The notes: generated by a model not told the origin, from the sequence alone. A stretch of DNA of 63,408 bases, filler included, from Bigelowiella natans CCMP2755 (GCA_000320545.1; 5 parts of 5 records of this genome joined end to end with filler, not necessarily neighbours in it); one strand, 5' to 3'; shown: positions 26,223 through 40,135, numbered from the whole stretch's first letter. Numbers and translations are program-made.

Positions 26223-26339
26223 GAGAGGAGGGGAGGGGGGGGGGGGAGTGATGCTGAGCATATACTCTACTTTCGTAGTGACACGAAGAGATGAAGGAAA
26301 AAGAGGAGCTCGAGGAATGAAGGGCGTAGCTGCCACTAC

Positions 26340-27384
26340 CAGCACATTTGAGGTTCCGTCAAAACCACCCATGACGGCATAACGCGATGCAGACATCCCT
26401 CCATCAGGCCTAGCAATATACATTCATTCGTAGCATTAATCAAAGCATATAAAACGTGCGCGATTTGTATAAAATATTCCGTGAGAACATGAGGCACAAG
26501 CACGCGTGACAGTACCCTTGTGCCCGACGCAGACCGAACTCCAAGAGAACCTAACACGGGGAGGGGGAAGGACACCACACAGTTTTCATTCGTTGATGTC
26601 GCAACTGATATCGAAAAAATAGAATTACCTTGTTTTTGCCTGCTGCAAGGCGGTGGCGCGCAGCATTGGTACAGATGAGGGACGGGTAGTTCACGAGGCA
26701 CAGCAACGTTGTTTCGAGCAGCTGGCATACTGCAAGAGGGCCCTCCACCCTCAACAAAGGGCAGCTGAGGTAGTGGGAGAGTATTTGGTTTAGAAATGAA
26801 AATGCTGCAACATAGTCTGATTCCGTCTCAAAAGTCTGGTTAGGTAGCAACGACGACCTAGGAAAGCAGATGCTCCCCTCATCTAAAGCATATATCTTGA
26901 CGCCTTTGGAGTCAAGCGTGGAAAGCCAGTCCCAAAATTTCTTAGGAGATTAAGGGTATACTAAATTTACAAACTGGATTCGTGCGCGCGCGTGTGTGTG
27001 CTATTTTGAGAGTGTTCGTACGTCTGGCCAGGAGAACTTCTTCCGCATCTTGCTGATCATCGCTTTTGTGTCTTAAAAATTCTTGACGAATTTGAGACAT
27101 TCCTCAAAGCCCCGCAAACACCGTGAATTCTCCTTTGAAAGGGTTCTGGGGTAGAAGAATCAGGAATGGGCTTAGTCGCGCGAAGAAGAAGGTAGGGAGG
27201 GGGCTTCAACCTTCCGAAAGAAGAGATCAAACACGGCCTTATCACTGTGCTTTCCAATGGACCAATAAGCATAGGCCATTGAGACCTGGTATAAATCTGT
27301 AAGGAGAGCATTAACGAATGGGTTGCTCATTCTGTCATTTGCAGCATGTCCTTCTTCTTTCTTCTCGGAGCCTCCGAAATCCAT
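26340..27384 (-). CDS. NAPRT: Nicotinate phosphoribosyltransferase, 5' part (3' lost in gap)
   Basis: [88 protein letters not shown]. Confidence 0.95.
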
Positions 27385-27824
27385 CTTGGCTGTCAAATAC
27401 GTATATACAAGAACCGGTTACACCATTCGTTCGCATGAGTTCATCGTGCGTAATCTTGGTACCTCTGGTCAGACCCCCCCTAAAAGGTAGTTAAACAAGG
27501 GGAAGGCACGTGCTTTCCTGTTTTTTGTTGCGACCAAGGAGTATTTCATAAAACGACAACTATGGATCGTTGTCGCACTTCATCTCGCAGGGACGGAAGC
27601 ATCACCGAATCTTCTTGGAGTTTCGAGCTTTAAGGGGAGCTGAAGCCTGACGTAAGGTCTGAATGTCCGGCGTCATTAGAAATGATTAATTTTCCCGAAA
27701 CGGGATGTGTTTTGGTCTATTTGCCGTGGCGCTATCTATAAAACGGATTCGTTTCAATCAATTTGGGAAGAATATAATTTGTCGGGAGAGCAAGGGAAGC
27801 CAAACTAACATCCAGAGGGAAAGC
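27385..27824. promoter_or_regulatory. Putative bidirectional promoter between NAPRT and CASP
   Basis: Divergent ATGs ~440 bp apart; inferred from geometry only. Confidence 0.45.
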
Positions 27825-28382
27825 ATGGCGGACGACGTCGAGGGGAAGTCCCTCAACGAGGCTGCACGCTTTTGGAAGTGTAAGGATATAGTAGAGCAGG
27901 CTCCATGCCTTTCCCCAAAATTATCCAATGCCATTTTCTACACATAGCCCCAGGAAGAAGGCCATTTCTGCATTCTAGAGCAGCTTTTGTGCGGGTGTTC
28001 TTGTATGTACCAGCTTGTTGATAACGATGATAACGCGGATTCCTTCGCGGTGCATCCGGAAATTTACACTCCATTTATGAAAACAAATGCTTGAAGCCAT
28101 CTTTTGTGACGGGGGCGTGTCCCAACCTCGCAGGCGGGTATGAATCCCTCATGACGTCAGACTTCTGTTGTGCATTTATTGACAGCTTTTAACCTCCGGC
28201 GCCAGAGCAATGAGATTGACTCCCAGATCCTCAAAATATATGACAAGGAACAGCACAGCACTGAATCCCGAAAGAAACTTGCCAGGATCACCAAAGGTTA
28301 GGATTTGAAACCCTCGTGACACGCTCTCTCTCCGCCCGCCCCCCCACGTGACATATCGCACTACAACTGCAATTCCTCAATG

Positions 28383-28452
<70 letters not shown>

Positions 28453-29538
28453 TTGTTATCGCGGTCGTAGAACTCGGGTCATTGAAGCCAGCCGACAAGC
28501 TGAAGGCCATAAAATCCGTGATTAGAGCATACCAGAAAGAGATCGATCAGCTCACCCAACGTGCGACATTCTCTGAGAACGCTCTCATTGCCATCTACAA
28601 GGTTTTTCCAAAATTGAATTTTTCCTTTTAGGGGGGGAGGCGGGGGGGCGGGGACGCGTCTCCTCATTTGCATGGTTATGGAAGCCTATACGTCCTTGAA
28701 GAAGAGAGGACCTAGCAGATAGTACATCGAGGAAACCCAACGCTTTTAACATCGATGATGAAGATGGTGATTGTGGCGATGATGATACATATGAAAAAAA
28801 AGGGACTTTGCGACGCTCCAGACCCTGCGAAATACCTCGAGACTGCGATTGGGAATGCTAAGAAGCTCAAGAAGTTCGAAGTGATGTCGATCGTACTTAG
28901 GAAAACAATATTTAAAAAATGTATTAGTATCGAGGGGGGGGGGAAGCAAGCATTGACACCATATTCGCCACTGTCACCCCCCTCTCCCCGCACATCATCA
29001 TCATCATCATCATTATCAGCATCATCATCATCACCATCTTCTTCTTCTTCTTCATCTTCATCAACAATAGCAATACGAACGATAACAATAACGACGATAT
29101 TCAGAAAGAGATGACGAGCATCCAGTCTAAGCTTCAGCGTTACGAGGATGAATTCAAGGGGCTCAAGAACCAGGAAGTCACCGTCCAGACGCTCAAGGAG
29201 CAGAATCAGCAGGTACTCGCGTCTCGGTTTGCAAGGAACAACTGCCTCCTTCGAAGATATTAGACGATTCTAGTGTGGCGGCAGAAACCATTTCCTTTAC
29301 GGATTGACCCTCCCCTCCCCCATCCCCTAAATACTCAATAATATATATATTCGCACGTATATAGTTCTTGCGAAAGATGGAGGAGTTGAAGGAGAGCGCT
29401 AAGGCACGTGAGCAGAACCTGGTTGCAAAGGAGAGTAAAGAACTCAAGACAAAACTTGATCAGCAGGTGATGATGTGATGATGTGATAATGGAACGGCAC
29501 TGTATTATGATTTACCCCATACCGTGCATGCATGCTTA

Positions 29539-29575
<37 letters not shown>

Positions 29576-29650
29576 CCTCCCCTCTTCGTTTCGTAAGTTC
29601 ATGAGTGGAAACAAAGAACTTGGCCTCATTCAGATATCACTGCGAAGAAC

Positions 29651-29687
<37 letters not shown>

Positions 29688-29699
29688 TACGCATACTAT

Positions 29700-29731
<32 letters not shown>

Positions 29732-31474
29732 CACGATTGCGAATTGCGAACTCTGAATCCCTTATCAATGATCTTAGGAGCAAGAATACATGGCTCGCCT
29801 TGAGGCAGCGCAGACCGCCCTTACACGGCTCACGATGTCGCAGCAGCAGCTTCAGTCTCGTCTCTACGACGCAACAAGTAAAACAGACGCGCTGGAGGAG
29901 GTCGGAAACGATCAGTCCGAGATGCTCTTCCAAGAATTGGTTGTCGCTCATTGAACAACATATGAAAAACATGGTTAACATATCCACACCTTCGATTGCC
30001 AGGTGGTGTTCGCCGCCGCCTTTTATTCATTGCCATCGTCGCCATTATCCTCTCCCTCTTGAACAATACACAGGAAGCCGCCAATACGCTGGTGACCTCC
30101 CTGCGAGGGGAGAACTCCAACCTCAAGGCGGAGCTGAAGGCGCTCCGCGATGGGGGGGGGCAGGATAGCGGTTTCTCCGACGGGGAGGACGAGATCGATG
30201 ACAAGGAGGGCGGGGGAGACGTCAACAATGTCGGCGTGAGGAGATCTAGGAGAGAGAAAGCCACGCTGGCTTCTTCCTCGACCTCGTCCTCCTCGTCCTC
30301 CTTCTCCTCGGAGCTGCAGCGTCGTTTGCGCCAAGCGGAGTTGAATGCGCGGGAGGAGAGGAAACGGCACGCCGAGCAAATCACCGCGCTCAAGGCTGAC
30401 CTCTCGGTAAGACGCGAATGGCGGGAGGGGCGGGGAGGGAATGGGGGCGTTTAGTGGTTTACTGACAGTCCTCCTCTCTCCTCTAGAAGCTGGTTGTATC
30501 GAAACATGATCCATAATCAATGTTTGCGTCTCCCCCCATCCCACTCCCCTCCAGAAAAGCGCGGACGCTCTGGAGGCCAAAGAGGGCGAGCTGCAGGATA
30601 CGCGTGTAAAGATGGCTGAGCTACCATCCAAGGAGTCTTACCGCAGGCTCAAACGCCGTGTCGTACTCTTGCAGGAAATGGGGTGAGTTAATGCTGGCGA
30701 GATGAGATGACCTATGATCTCGCGAGCGTGTGTCGTATCACCCCGTGCGAAAGAGACTTATCCCCAACCCCCCTTCTCTCTCCCCGCCAGGTTCAACGTA
30801 ATAGATCCGGATATTGATGGTAAGGGCGGAGGCGACAGCATAAACGATGCGGCAATGCAGCTGGGGAGCGGGCTCTCCGACTCGGAGATGTCCGATCGTA
30901 CGGCAGAGGAGCTTCTCATCCTGCAAGAGGCGCGTCGTCTGAAAACCGAGATCACCAAGAATAAGGTGGGCTGGTCCGAGTGCAAGGAGCAGCTCGCAGT
31001 TGCCACTGAGGAGCTCGAGGAGAGGAACCGCCTTGTCTCCGAGCAGAAGGCCCTTCTTGTGAAGCTAGAGGAGGACCTCGAGGCCGCGCTGAAGACCAAG
31101 AAACATCTGAACAAAGATAGTGATAGCTCTAGCCCCAAACCCCGCCTGAAACAGATAGCTTCGAACGCTGCTCCCGCCGAGCGGCAGCTGGACCGAGACG
31201 CCGCCATTCTCTCCAGTGCGTTGAAGGGAGGGGGAGATCAGGCGGCATCGTCGTCTTCGTCGACGAGTGGTGATGGGGGAGGTGGCGGTCAAGCTGCTAG
31301 TATCGGTGCCAGTGGTGGCGCTGGTGGAGATGATCAAAGTATGCTTCTAATCGTCAGTGGCCAAAGAGTAAGTTGTCATTGCGATGATTGAGGAAGAGGG
31401 GGGGGGGGGGGGGGGGAGGGAGAGCGAGAGGCATACACACCAGCGTATATACGCTCACTCACAGGAGATAAGGG

Positions 31475-31519
<45 letters not shown>

Positions 31520-32228
31520 TTTGGGAAGAGAGAGAACACTAGGAAGTGGAGAAACAACGCATGATCCTATTTTATTGTCACCAACATCATTACAATATTG
31601 ATGTCTTCGACATCATTGTACTCCTTTCGTCGTTTCACCATGCCCCTCTCCACCACTCCAGGACCGCTTCAGGCAGCGTATTCAGCAGCTTGAAAGGGAG
31701 CAGATAACAGCTCATAATATGAGGAAGGTCCGAGAGCTCACAGAATATCCGCAAAACAAAGAGATTTTCAGCTGCACTGCCAACATAATCCCCTCATCAT
31801 ACATTTTGAAACATACCCTATGCCTTTTCTTTGAACCTACTTATCAGGAGCTGCAGCAGCAAATACGTAAACTGCGTGGGGAGAATATCACGCTATACGA
31901 AAAACTGCAATATGTGAGCAGCTACCGCTCTTCCTCCTCCTCTTCGACGAAGAAGCAGCAGAAGGGGGACGGCGAGAAGGACACTGAGCTTGGAATGATG
32001 GGAGAGGGAAAAGAGGAGAACCCTTACCAGCTGTTCCGGCGCAGACAGAGACAGGCACACTACGATAATCTTAGTACACAGGAAAAGATCATACACAAAT
32101 TTTGGGAATTCCTGTTCTCGAAGCACTCGCACAGGTTTCTGCTGTTTGGATATGCGTTGTTTCTCCACTTCCTAGTGTTCGTGACGCTCTGGCGACACAC
32201 TCACATTCCGCCATGCCCTCCACAGTAA
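27825..32228 (+). CDS. CASP: CASP/Coy1 golgin (CUX1 N-terminal coiled coil plus CASP C-terminal TM)
   Basis: AARFWK, IRAYQKEIDQLTQRATFSENALIAIYK, DAPDPAKYL, EFKGLKNQEVTV, SMLLIVSGQR|DRFRQRI, LRGENITLYEKLQYV, and the C-terminal TM RFLLFGYALFLHFLVFVTLW. Confidence 0.93.
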
Positions 32229-32489
32229 CAGTAACAAGAAATTTGCCGTGATTTAGTGGGAGTGAGAAGGCCCTCCTAATTTTTTGATGATAAGGTTCGA
32301 TCCCTCTCTGTCTCTACTAGTCTACCCAAGTAGTACAAACATGAACGAACAAATGAGTGAGTACACGCTGCTCTTGAGCGCACAAGCTAGCAAGCGTGTG
32401 AATTTACATCATTTAATATTTGATGATGGCTAGATGGGCACCGGAGCTGGAGACATCGATGTGTGGAAGCACATTACTAGATTACAGCA

Positions 32490-32960
32490 GCAACCGCAGC
32501 GCTAGAGCGCGCAGGCAGCGCGCCCACACTCTGCCAGTCTGGACTCGCGCGACGTTGACATGCCGATGCGATGTGTCGCATGTGCATGCATGTTGCGCTC
32601 ATTGCTAGATTGGTGTGTGTGTTCTGCAGGCTGGCGGTTCTGAGGTATGCATTTCACCAAACAAACTAATGAAGGCAATTTCACAGGGCGAATGCTGCTG
32701 CACATGCACGCACGACATGACGACCAGGTGAGTGGCAACAGTCGTGCAATGTGTGGCGCGAGTTTCGATCCAAATGCAATTGTCCAAATGAAATCACGAT
32801 GATTGTGATTGCTCACATTGTGATGCACGTCACTCATTCGGTCTGCAGGATGTTAGCAACGCATCAATCCCTGCGCGTTCAGTTCTCGTTCTGTTGTGCA
32901 CGTTCCACTGCGTAGACACAGATGTGTGACAACACACCAGCGCAGGATCGGAACACCACT
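32490..32960. other. TpA-depleted intergenic island C (downstream of CASP)
   Basis: About 6 TA in ~470 nt, 5 of them with TAG on at least one strand; rich in CATG/TGCA. Confidence 0.75.
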
Positions 32961-33507
32961 AGACCAAGACTTCCTCCAGGCCAAGAGACTCCCGGCACTC
33001 GATGTTACTGGCGAATTTATTTCTTTAAGAATAAATTACATGCGATTTATTTAAAGAGACATAAAGTATCTGAGCATTTCGTCACCTAGTAGGTTTCCAT
33101 ACCATAAAATCATTAGAATTTGACTTCATTTATTCGGGCGGAGAATTTCACTGACAAAATGTAAACTCGCTGTCATCAGTCTCTCAGATTTCAGGTCTAT
33201 ATCGACGCACGGCCGAGGGATGGAATAAGAAGATATGTTTATTAAGACAATCATTTTTTATGAATTCGTGTGAAGAATGCAGGTAGTTTTTAGAGGTTGG
33301 CTGAATCTTCTTGAAGATCTCTCATAAACAGAAATCTGATCTAAAAAGTAGGGAATCCGGTCAGAGGAAGTCGAAATAGCCTCCATTTATGTCTATAAGG
33401 ATCCTCGTTTATAGTATTGAGGCGTTTGTACAATGTTACGTCTTACTTGATTTCCGTAGCGTGGCGCAGAGGGCCACAAACAAACCGGTTCATCCACCCC
33501 CACCGCG

Positions 33508-33924
33508 ATGCCACTTCGGAGTCTGTGGACACGCTCGTTGACTGTTTGCAGAAGTCCTCCTATGACGAGGTGGTTTCCCGTGATGAGGACACCTAACTCC
33601 CGGGGATTTGCAGAGGCACGAGGGGAGAACTGGGGGAAAATAGAAGATAGTAGTATGGGAGTTTCCAGGGATGACGGACTCGCAGTTGCCAATAGGGGAG
33701 CTGCAAAATTCGACGGGGAAATCCACCAGAGTGATGGCGGAGAGAACTTTAGTGCATCTGAGGTGTCGGAGAGACGGACTAAAATGAACGTACGCCTGAA
33801 ACCAACATCAGTGAAGATGTGGCAGGAACTCATAGAAATCGACCGGCCAGAATGGAATGTCGTCCCTACTTCCGGGGATGACTGGCATTGGCCAAAACAA
33901 GTTAAGGAATCTGTGACAAGATAA
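33508..33924 (+). CDS. Hypothetical 138-aa protein with an Arg/Ser/Thr-rich transit-peptide-like N-terminus
   Basis: Single ATG-initiated ORF with ordinary composition; no family recognised. Confidence 0.35.
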   Translation: MPLRSLWTRSLTVCRSPPMTRWFPVMRTPNSRGFAEARGENWGKIEDSSMGVSRDDGLAVANRGAAKFDGEIHQSDGGENFSASEVSERRTKMNVRLKPTSVKMWQELIEIDRPEWNVVPTSGDDWHWPKQVKESVTR

Positions 33925-34560
33925 ACGCTTCAAAAACGCTCAAACCTATATTTTTTATTCCCGCGTTCCTAGTTTAGAGCCATTTAGTTAGAAACCATAG
34001 AAATATAACTCAGTGTTCCCTTGCTGTAAAATGGGAGTCGTGACTACATTTGCACGAGATCTTTCATAGTTATATATTTCGTTATCCGCCGTAATGGTGA
34101 TTTAGAAGGTACTTCTTCAGTCATAGATTAGTTGCTCGATCCGTATCTGGCGAAAGAAAACCTAGATTCTCCAGGTAAAAGGGGAAGACTGGCAATCACA
34201 TTTTGGTAGATTAACATTCATTAGTCTTCCGAAGCGCATTTCATTGAAAGAGGAAAAGTGGTAGCCTTATTACACGCCTCATCATACAACTTTGCTCTCT
34301 TGATTCCGACCCTGTGAATCGTCACGTTCACATGTCGCCTGCCATCGTGGTCCAATACCCAATGACTTCCGATTGGCTGCACTTCCACAAATTTATTCAT
34401 TACAAAACTTATCATGAAAAAAGATATTAAGGATGTCATGCAGGTCGCGCCGTAATCTACTTTTGAATTACAATGTTTTCAAGTACGCGCGCACGATGCA
34501 CACGTCTGCAGCCCGACATTTGTCGCGTAACATTACTAACATTACACTACTAGTGCAATA

Positions 34561-34622
34561 TAAATAATCTCTTCAATGGTCATCCTAATGTGATAGCTGT
34601 GCACAGCTGTGGCTACAGCGCT
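34561..34622 (-). repeat. Copy of dispersed ~85-bp intergenic repeat
   Basis: Reverse complement agcgctgtagccacagctgtgcacagctatcacattaggatgaccattgaagagatta matches the 56304 copy. Confidence 0.75.
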
Positions 34623-35274
34623 CAATTATATTTGCACTAGTGCACATGATGTGCTAAGTGTTTAGACGCTGCTACGTACGGGCCATCATGGCTGCTGCAT
34701 TGGTTGGGCTAGCACGTTACGTTGTGCCAAAGCTAGCGCTAGCAAAGCCCATTGGAACCTGCAGATGTGTATCGGGGTCTATCTCGTATAGCTGGTGATA
34801 TATGCACGCGTGCGCAAAACACATGTGTTCGTGTACGTATGTTGTTCACGTGTCTTACGTGAGAACGTGAATGGACACGTTGCATGCATTGCGACGCGCG
34901 TCTTATATAAATGGCGCACTTAATTTTTGTTGTGGCAGCAAAGCTATAAGTCGCAGCAGGAATTATGTGTCGTTTCTTGATCGAATCGAACGTATTGAGA
35001 TGGGTTTTGTTTTGAGCTGCGTAACAATGCGATGGCTGTTGACAGCCCATGCTACAATGCGCTACTGCCTCACGCATGACATGTTCGCACGTTCCTCGCT
35101 CGTCGAACAATTAATAACCCCGCAAACACTTTCCACTTTCCTCCAGGAACTCCACGAGGTGCCAGTCGTTTTGTTTTACGTGTGATCCGTGTGGTACAGC
35201 ACTAGATCATGCGCATCAGTCGGTGCATCCAAATGGTTGCATTGATCGAAATTAAATTGTGAATCAAAATGTGA

Positions 35275-37005
35275 TCATTTTGAAATCTCTAATTTTTCCA
35301 TCTTGCTTTCAAGAAGATTCTGGTCGTCGCTGCTCTCACCCGCATCATTCTTCATTTTTTGTTGTTCCAACGGCTGATTGGGAGTAGTTGTTTTCTCTGA
35401 TGATTCGCTTTTCTCCTCGTTTTCCACCTTTTTGGTCTGACTCAGCTCTGGTGCCTTGATCGTCGCGCATAATTCGGGCATATGACTGTAGTGCACAATG
35501 CGCACATCAATAGGATCCGTCGAGTATTGTTTGATTGCAGCCTTAATGGCGTTAACTATCCATGATGTAGGGTTTCCAAACACTCCCCCGCCCAACAGTG
35601 TTAAGTACAAAGGCACCCTCCTTTTTTGCTCCGCAGCGATGATCGATGCCGCTAGGAAGGACTACATAAGATGCGCAAAGAATGATCGTTGGTGGGGATG
35701 GAAAATAAAATAATATGAGTGTGAGATTCTGTCTGTCCTTAGGGACACACCCTCCTTATGAGGCTTTCAATCAGCAACAGCCACAAGAACAACGACGATG
35801 ATGACGGGTCCTTTCTTCTGACGTCGATATACTTACAATATAAATTGCTTCACGCCGACAACCATTTTCATTAATTTTCCACATCATTTCAAAGACTAGT
35901 ATTTACCGATTCGTAGGCAGCATCCAGCACAAGTTGTGCAAATTCAGCCCATTGAGACGCGTTTAGCCTGCTGTACGCGATCGGAACAGCGGAACAGTAG
36001 AGCTGGCAGACTTTGTGCGCAGGGTCAGTCTGCAAGCAACCAAAGGTTGGCGACGATCACCCAAAAATGATGATGATAATAACGATGATAACGGTGAGAT
36101 GATAGTGATGATGTTAGAAAGGATAACATTCCTCCTTCCTTCAGTCCCTTGACTACCTCAGCAGGTTGCCTCTCCACCTCCGTACTCCAATGAATTCCAA
36201 TTTTCAATGCCTCTAAGGCCTTTGCTCGTAGTTCCTTATCAGATTCCAACCGATCGTTGAGCTCCTTAAACTTTTCAGCGCTTGTCGGAAATGCGTAGCC
36301 GTTCATCAGCCTCCAGTACTCCGTGTCCTCCCCGAGAACCTTTGCAACGTCCGCGAGACCATCAATCTGCTCCCCATCCCCCCCTTGACCTTTTCCGTTT
36401 ACCAGGTAGTTGCGAAATACAGTTGCTGCGGGGCAGGCTAGAGCGCATGCCGGCCCTTGTGTACGATCCCACTTGTAGATCGTCACACCATTGTCTGGGG
36501 TGACGCGCGGGTTGGCCATCTCGAGGCAGTTGAATTGGGAAGCGGCCTATGAACGTTTAATCATCTTCCTAAATACGTGACGATCGACCACATATCATGA
36601 TCTGTCTCAGTTTCTCTACCTGAAAAACAGCGCCTGCGTTTTTGGGGTCACGAATTAGCTTGCTCACATCTCCTTTAACGTTCCTGAAGGTGAGGCCGCC
36701 CCCACTTTCTGCGCTTTGCTCCTTGGTTTTGAGCTGCTCCCTTCTTTTTCTCAGCTCCGAAACAGAGAGTAGTTCGAAGACTCCAATGTCGAACCTAATG
36801 CGTAGATGCAGTCAGAAGAATGGGCTATGGGTATATTTCTGAGATCTCAGAAGGTTGGTTACTTCTTTTTGTTCGCGAGGGATACGAGTGTGGCCCCCCC
36901 GTCCTCAAGCGAGAACTGGGACCTAGTCTTCGCATAGGACTTGCACTCCTTGAACCCAAACTGCTTTTGAAACCACGTTCCCCCCCTTCCCCTTCGCGAC
37001 GTCAT
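35275..37005 (-). CDS. Uncharacterised macro-fold/PARG-like protein (ASQFNxLE / DxTQGP / LGGGVFGN family)
   Basis: TWFQKQFGFKE, NAGAVFQ|AASQFNCLEM, WDRTQGPACALACPAATVFRNY, QLYCSAVPIAY, YLTLLGGGVFGNPTSWI, joined by GT-AG introns. Confidence 0.8.
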
Positions 37006-37942
37006 GAAAGAAGCGCCGGACAGAATTGCGGTCGAGGAATAGCCCAAATGATACTCAGGAGAGGGCCGAAAGGCAGGCCCATTTCGTCCATTTTATGATG
37101 ATAATTCTTGTCGCTATTGAAGAATGGATGTGGTTTACGATAATTTGTCGACATTTCCGTCGCCTTTTCACCACGGGCATGTCTTTGGAGACCCAATGCA
37201 GATTGGCCTCCCCTCTTCCGTATCGCCAACCCTGGCTCCGGGAAGGTGGTGGCCCATGGCAGAATAACGCATTGGCAGCTTCGCTGGGTTTGCACGTTGA
37301 TGCTGGTAGGTTTTGGCACTCAGCGGAGGAGACGACTACGACGATGTTATCTTAGCTGACAGTACTCTAGTACTCAGGAGACTAGTTACAGGTATCCATT
37401 GAGTGACGATAGCACGAATCATCTGTTTCGTAATCGAAACCTCTTATGATTTTGCCACACGCTTTTGCTGCTAGAATGAAAACACGTGCGTCATTAGCTT
37501 ACTGTGTGCATCCTGAAAACCACAGTTTTGGACGCGTAAAGGCTGGCAATATCGCTCATGAACTGGCTGGACGCACTGTCACGACTTTGCTTCACACATA
37601 CGCACGCTATGCTCTAGGCTTGTATCAAAGTACGTCGCAACGGCTTGAAATATGATATACGATATAACCTGTATCATGTATCATACATATTCCCATGAGC
37701 TATTTATTATGCTGCGTAGCCCCAATTTATTCTGTTATAGAGCGCTTTTGCTATGACAGCCAGCTATGCTCAAGGCCTACACACATATCAATCCAAAAGC
37801 GCGAGTAGCACAGCTAGACAGCGACTTGTGCTACTTATTCCTTGACAAATAAAAAATGACGTTTTACATCTCTCATTCGAGATTCATAACATCGTCCCGC
37901 ATGCGCTGAAATGCGTAAAACAATGCGCATTGACCGAGGAGA

Positions 37943-39362
37943 CTACTGTTCGCTTTCCTCATTCACAGGGAGAGCGGTAGTAATCTTCTCTATGAGAAAG
38001 TCTTGGGTTGCCTCAGACATTCGGTCGTCGCATGAGTCTATGAATGAATGAAGCTGAGGAGGTGTGTCGGGACGGGCATTCACAATATTGATTAGCTCGG
38101 CTGGGGAGAGACTTCCCTGAAATCAAATAGCCAAATTTTCAGTTTCTAGTGTTGTTGGCTCTGCATGGTATTGTCTATTATTGATCGTTTCTGATTCTCA
38201 CCCTCACGGTGATCTTGTATTTCCCTTCTTTCACTTTGTCGATCTCCGTCTTGAGCTCAAGCACCGTTCCAATCTTCTGGTCGTTGACTTTGACGATTTT
38301 ACCTGCAAGAATATTCGTCATGTATGCATGATGCTCACGGGGCACGTCCTCCCTCCGGCGCCTCTCCTAACACGTTCCAACTATCCCAGCACTCCTTACG
38401 TCACTAAGGGTTTACTATGGCGCCATCACATACCAAAACTATGCATCCCGAGTTCGTGAGCCAGGGATCCGCCTGCAATTCCATTCACGACTAATTTGTC
38501 CATGATGATTCCCTGTGCACTGAGGAGCCCCGGCCCGACCTCGAACTCCTCATCCTAGTTTACATGAAACATTTTCGATTCATCCTCAATGTTCGCAATG
38601 ATGCGTGGTGATAAAGGGGCAATTCCAATAGTGCATCTTTTTCCCACAGTTGGGTCGAAAAGATCAGAAAAGAAGCATACCCAGTGATGAGCTTCTTCAA
38701 ACAGCTTCTTGATGCTCCCCGAGGTTTGCGCTCCCGCTGGGAGCTCCTGCAAAAATTCTCTCACCTGAAAAGGATGCACGAAAGGAAAATGGGCCAATCT
38801 ATGATGAATTATTGGGACAATGTACCATCCATAAAATCTATAGGTGGGAATTGTCGTTAGATTATTTCAAGCAATAAAATCTAGCATGAGCATTCAATCT
38901 TCCTTACATATAGGGACCTTATCCTGTATCCATACAACTTCTCCCTCGCGCTTCATCTCGGAAAGCTTCTCCTTGAGCCTCTCCTTCTTCTCACCTTTGC
39001 CCGCCGCCTCTTCATTCTTCTTCCTCGCATAGATGCGGTACTGGAGCTTATTGTAGGAATCCGTGTACTCTTTCAGTCTAATCCAGTTAACGGGGACATT
39101 AAATCCAAAAAAACATTTCTGTTAGAAAGAAGCGATACGGACCTGGGATAATCCCGAACTTTGTTCGCCTTCAGAAAGTCCAGGACCTCGAAATCGGTCA
39201 TCATCCCAGCGAAAGGGTCCACGCTGTTGTGCATAGAAAGGGGGTTGAGAACTCATTAGGGGAATCTAATTTTGATGTAGCACACACTAATATAGTACAC
39301 GTGCACCAAAAAACCATCCACAAATCCAAGGGAGAAAGGGAATTAGCTCATCACATCTCCAT
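37943..39362 (-). CDS. RPC9: RNA polymerase III subunit RPC9/C17 (Rpb4 family)
   Basis: MMTDFEVLDFLK near the N-terminus, VREFL.., LSPAELINIVNARPDTPPQLHSFIDSCDDRMSE..LIEKI. Confidence 0.82.
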
Positions 39363-39835
39363 TTTTGCAGCGCCCCTGGCAGGCCCGCTCGGCCTGTCGT
39401 CGGGAGGGGGTTCTGCGAGCAATTGCTTTTCGCGCTTCTAGAACGAAATTAGAGCCCGAAATTACCGACAAGGAGAAAGATTTATTGGATGCCTGCGAAG
39501 ATACGGTGCGACATATCTGGACTGTCTTTTTCTGGGAAAAATAGTGCGTTATTTACCGGTAGGGGGAGCGCACAGAAACTTCTTGCTAGAGAGGCGCCTG
39601 CAGATGTTTTTCGGACAAAATCCTTCCAGATCCATTCCTCTCCTGTCGCGAGATTCCGTGATGACGCAGCAGCAAAACCGGCTCTCATCCACTCACCACT
39701 GTTGGCGGGAAACCCTTTTCTTTTGTCGCATGCCAAATTGTTTTTATTTTTCGACAGCGACAACAAAGTTGTGCGTCGCTTTGGGAAGAATCCCGGTGTT
39801 CCAATCAACAGGCCTGCTTCGTTATTATCGAAAGC
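39363..39835. promoter_or_regulatory. Putative bidirectional promoter between RPC9 and DAD2
   Basis: Divergent ATGs ~470 bp apart; geometry only. Confidence 0.4.
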
Positions 39836-40135
39836 ATGGCGGAGCTTCGCTACCTCCATGGACGCAAGCGTGAGCTCGAAGGGCTCATCAAAATGAACGA
39901 GGCCGCAGATAATCTTGTGGTTTATTTGGAAAATATATCAGATAAGATGGAGGAGGTGAATCAAAGTATGACAGGTATGGTGACTCCTCTCAGAGTACGC
40001 GCGATAGGCTTACTCTGTCTTTTTCACTCAGTTATGGGCCAAGTTCTGAAAAATTGGGAGAACGTATTCGCAGGCATCAATGAAAGCCATCCTACCTGCT
40101 ACGTCAGGAATGTGGAGGAGAAACTTGGATCGTAG
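39836..40135 (+). CDS. DAD2: DASH/Dam1 complex subunit Dad2-like
   Basis: KRELEGLIKMNEAADNLVVYLENISDKMEEVNQSMT|VMGQVLKNWENVFAGI fits the Dad2 pattern (K..EL..L......L...L..K......VL.NW..V...I); in-frame 57-nt intron 39975-40031. Confidence 0.72.
   Translation: MAELRYLHGRKRELEGLIKMNEAADNLVVYLENISDKMEEVNQSMTGMVTPLRVRAIGLLCLFHSVMGQVLKNWENVFAGINESHPTCYVRNVEEKLGS

Noticed and set aside
26340-37005. NAPRT and the macro-like gene as an NAD/ADP-ribose gene cluster
   Set aside because: They are separated by CASP and ~8 kb with no sign of co-regulation; probably coincidence.
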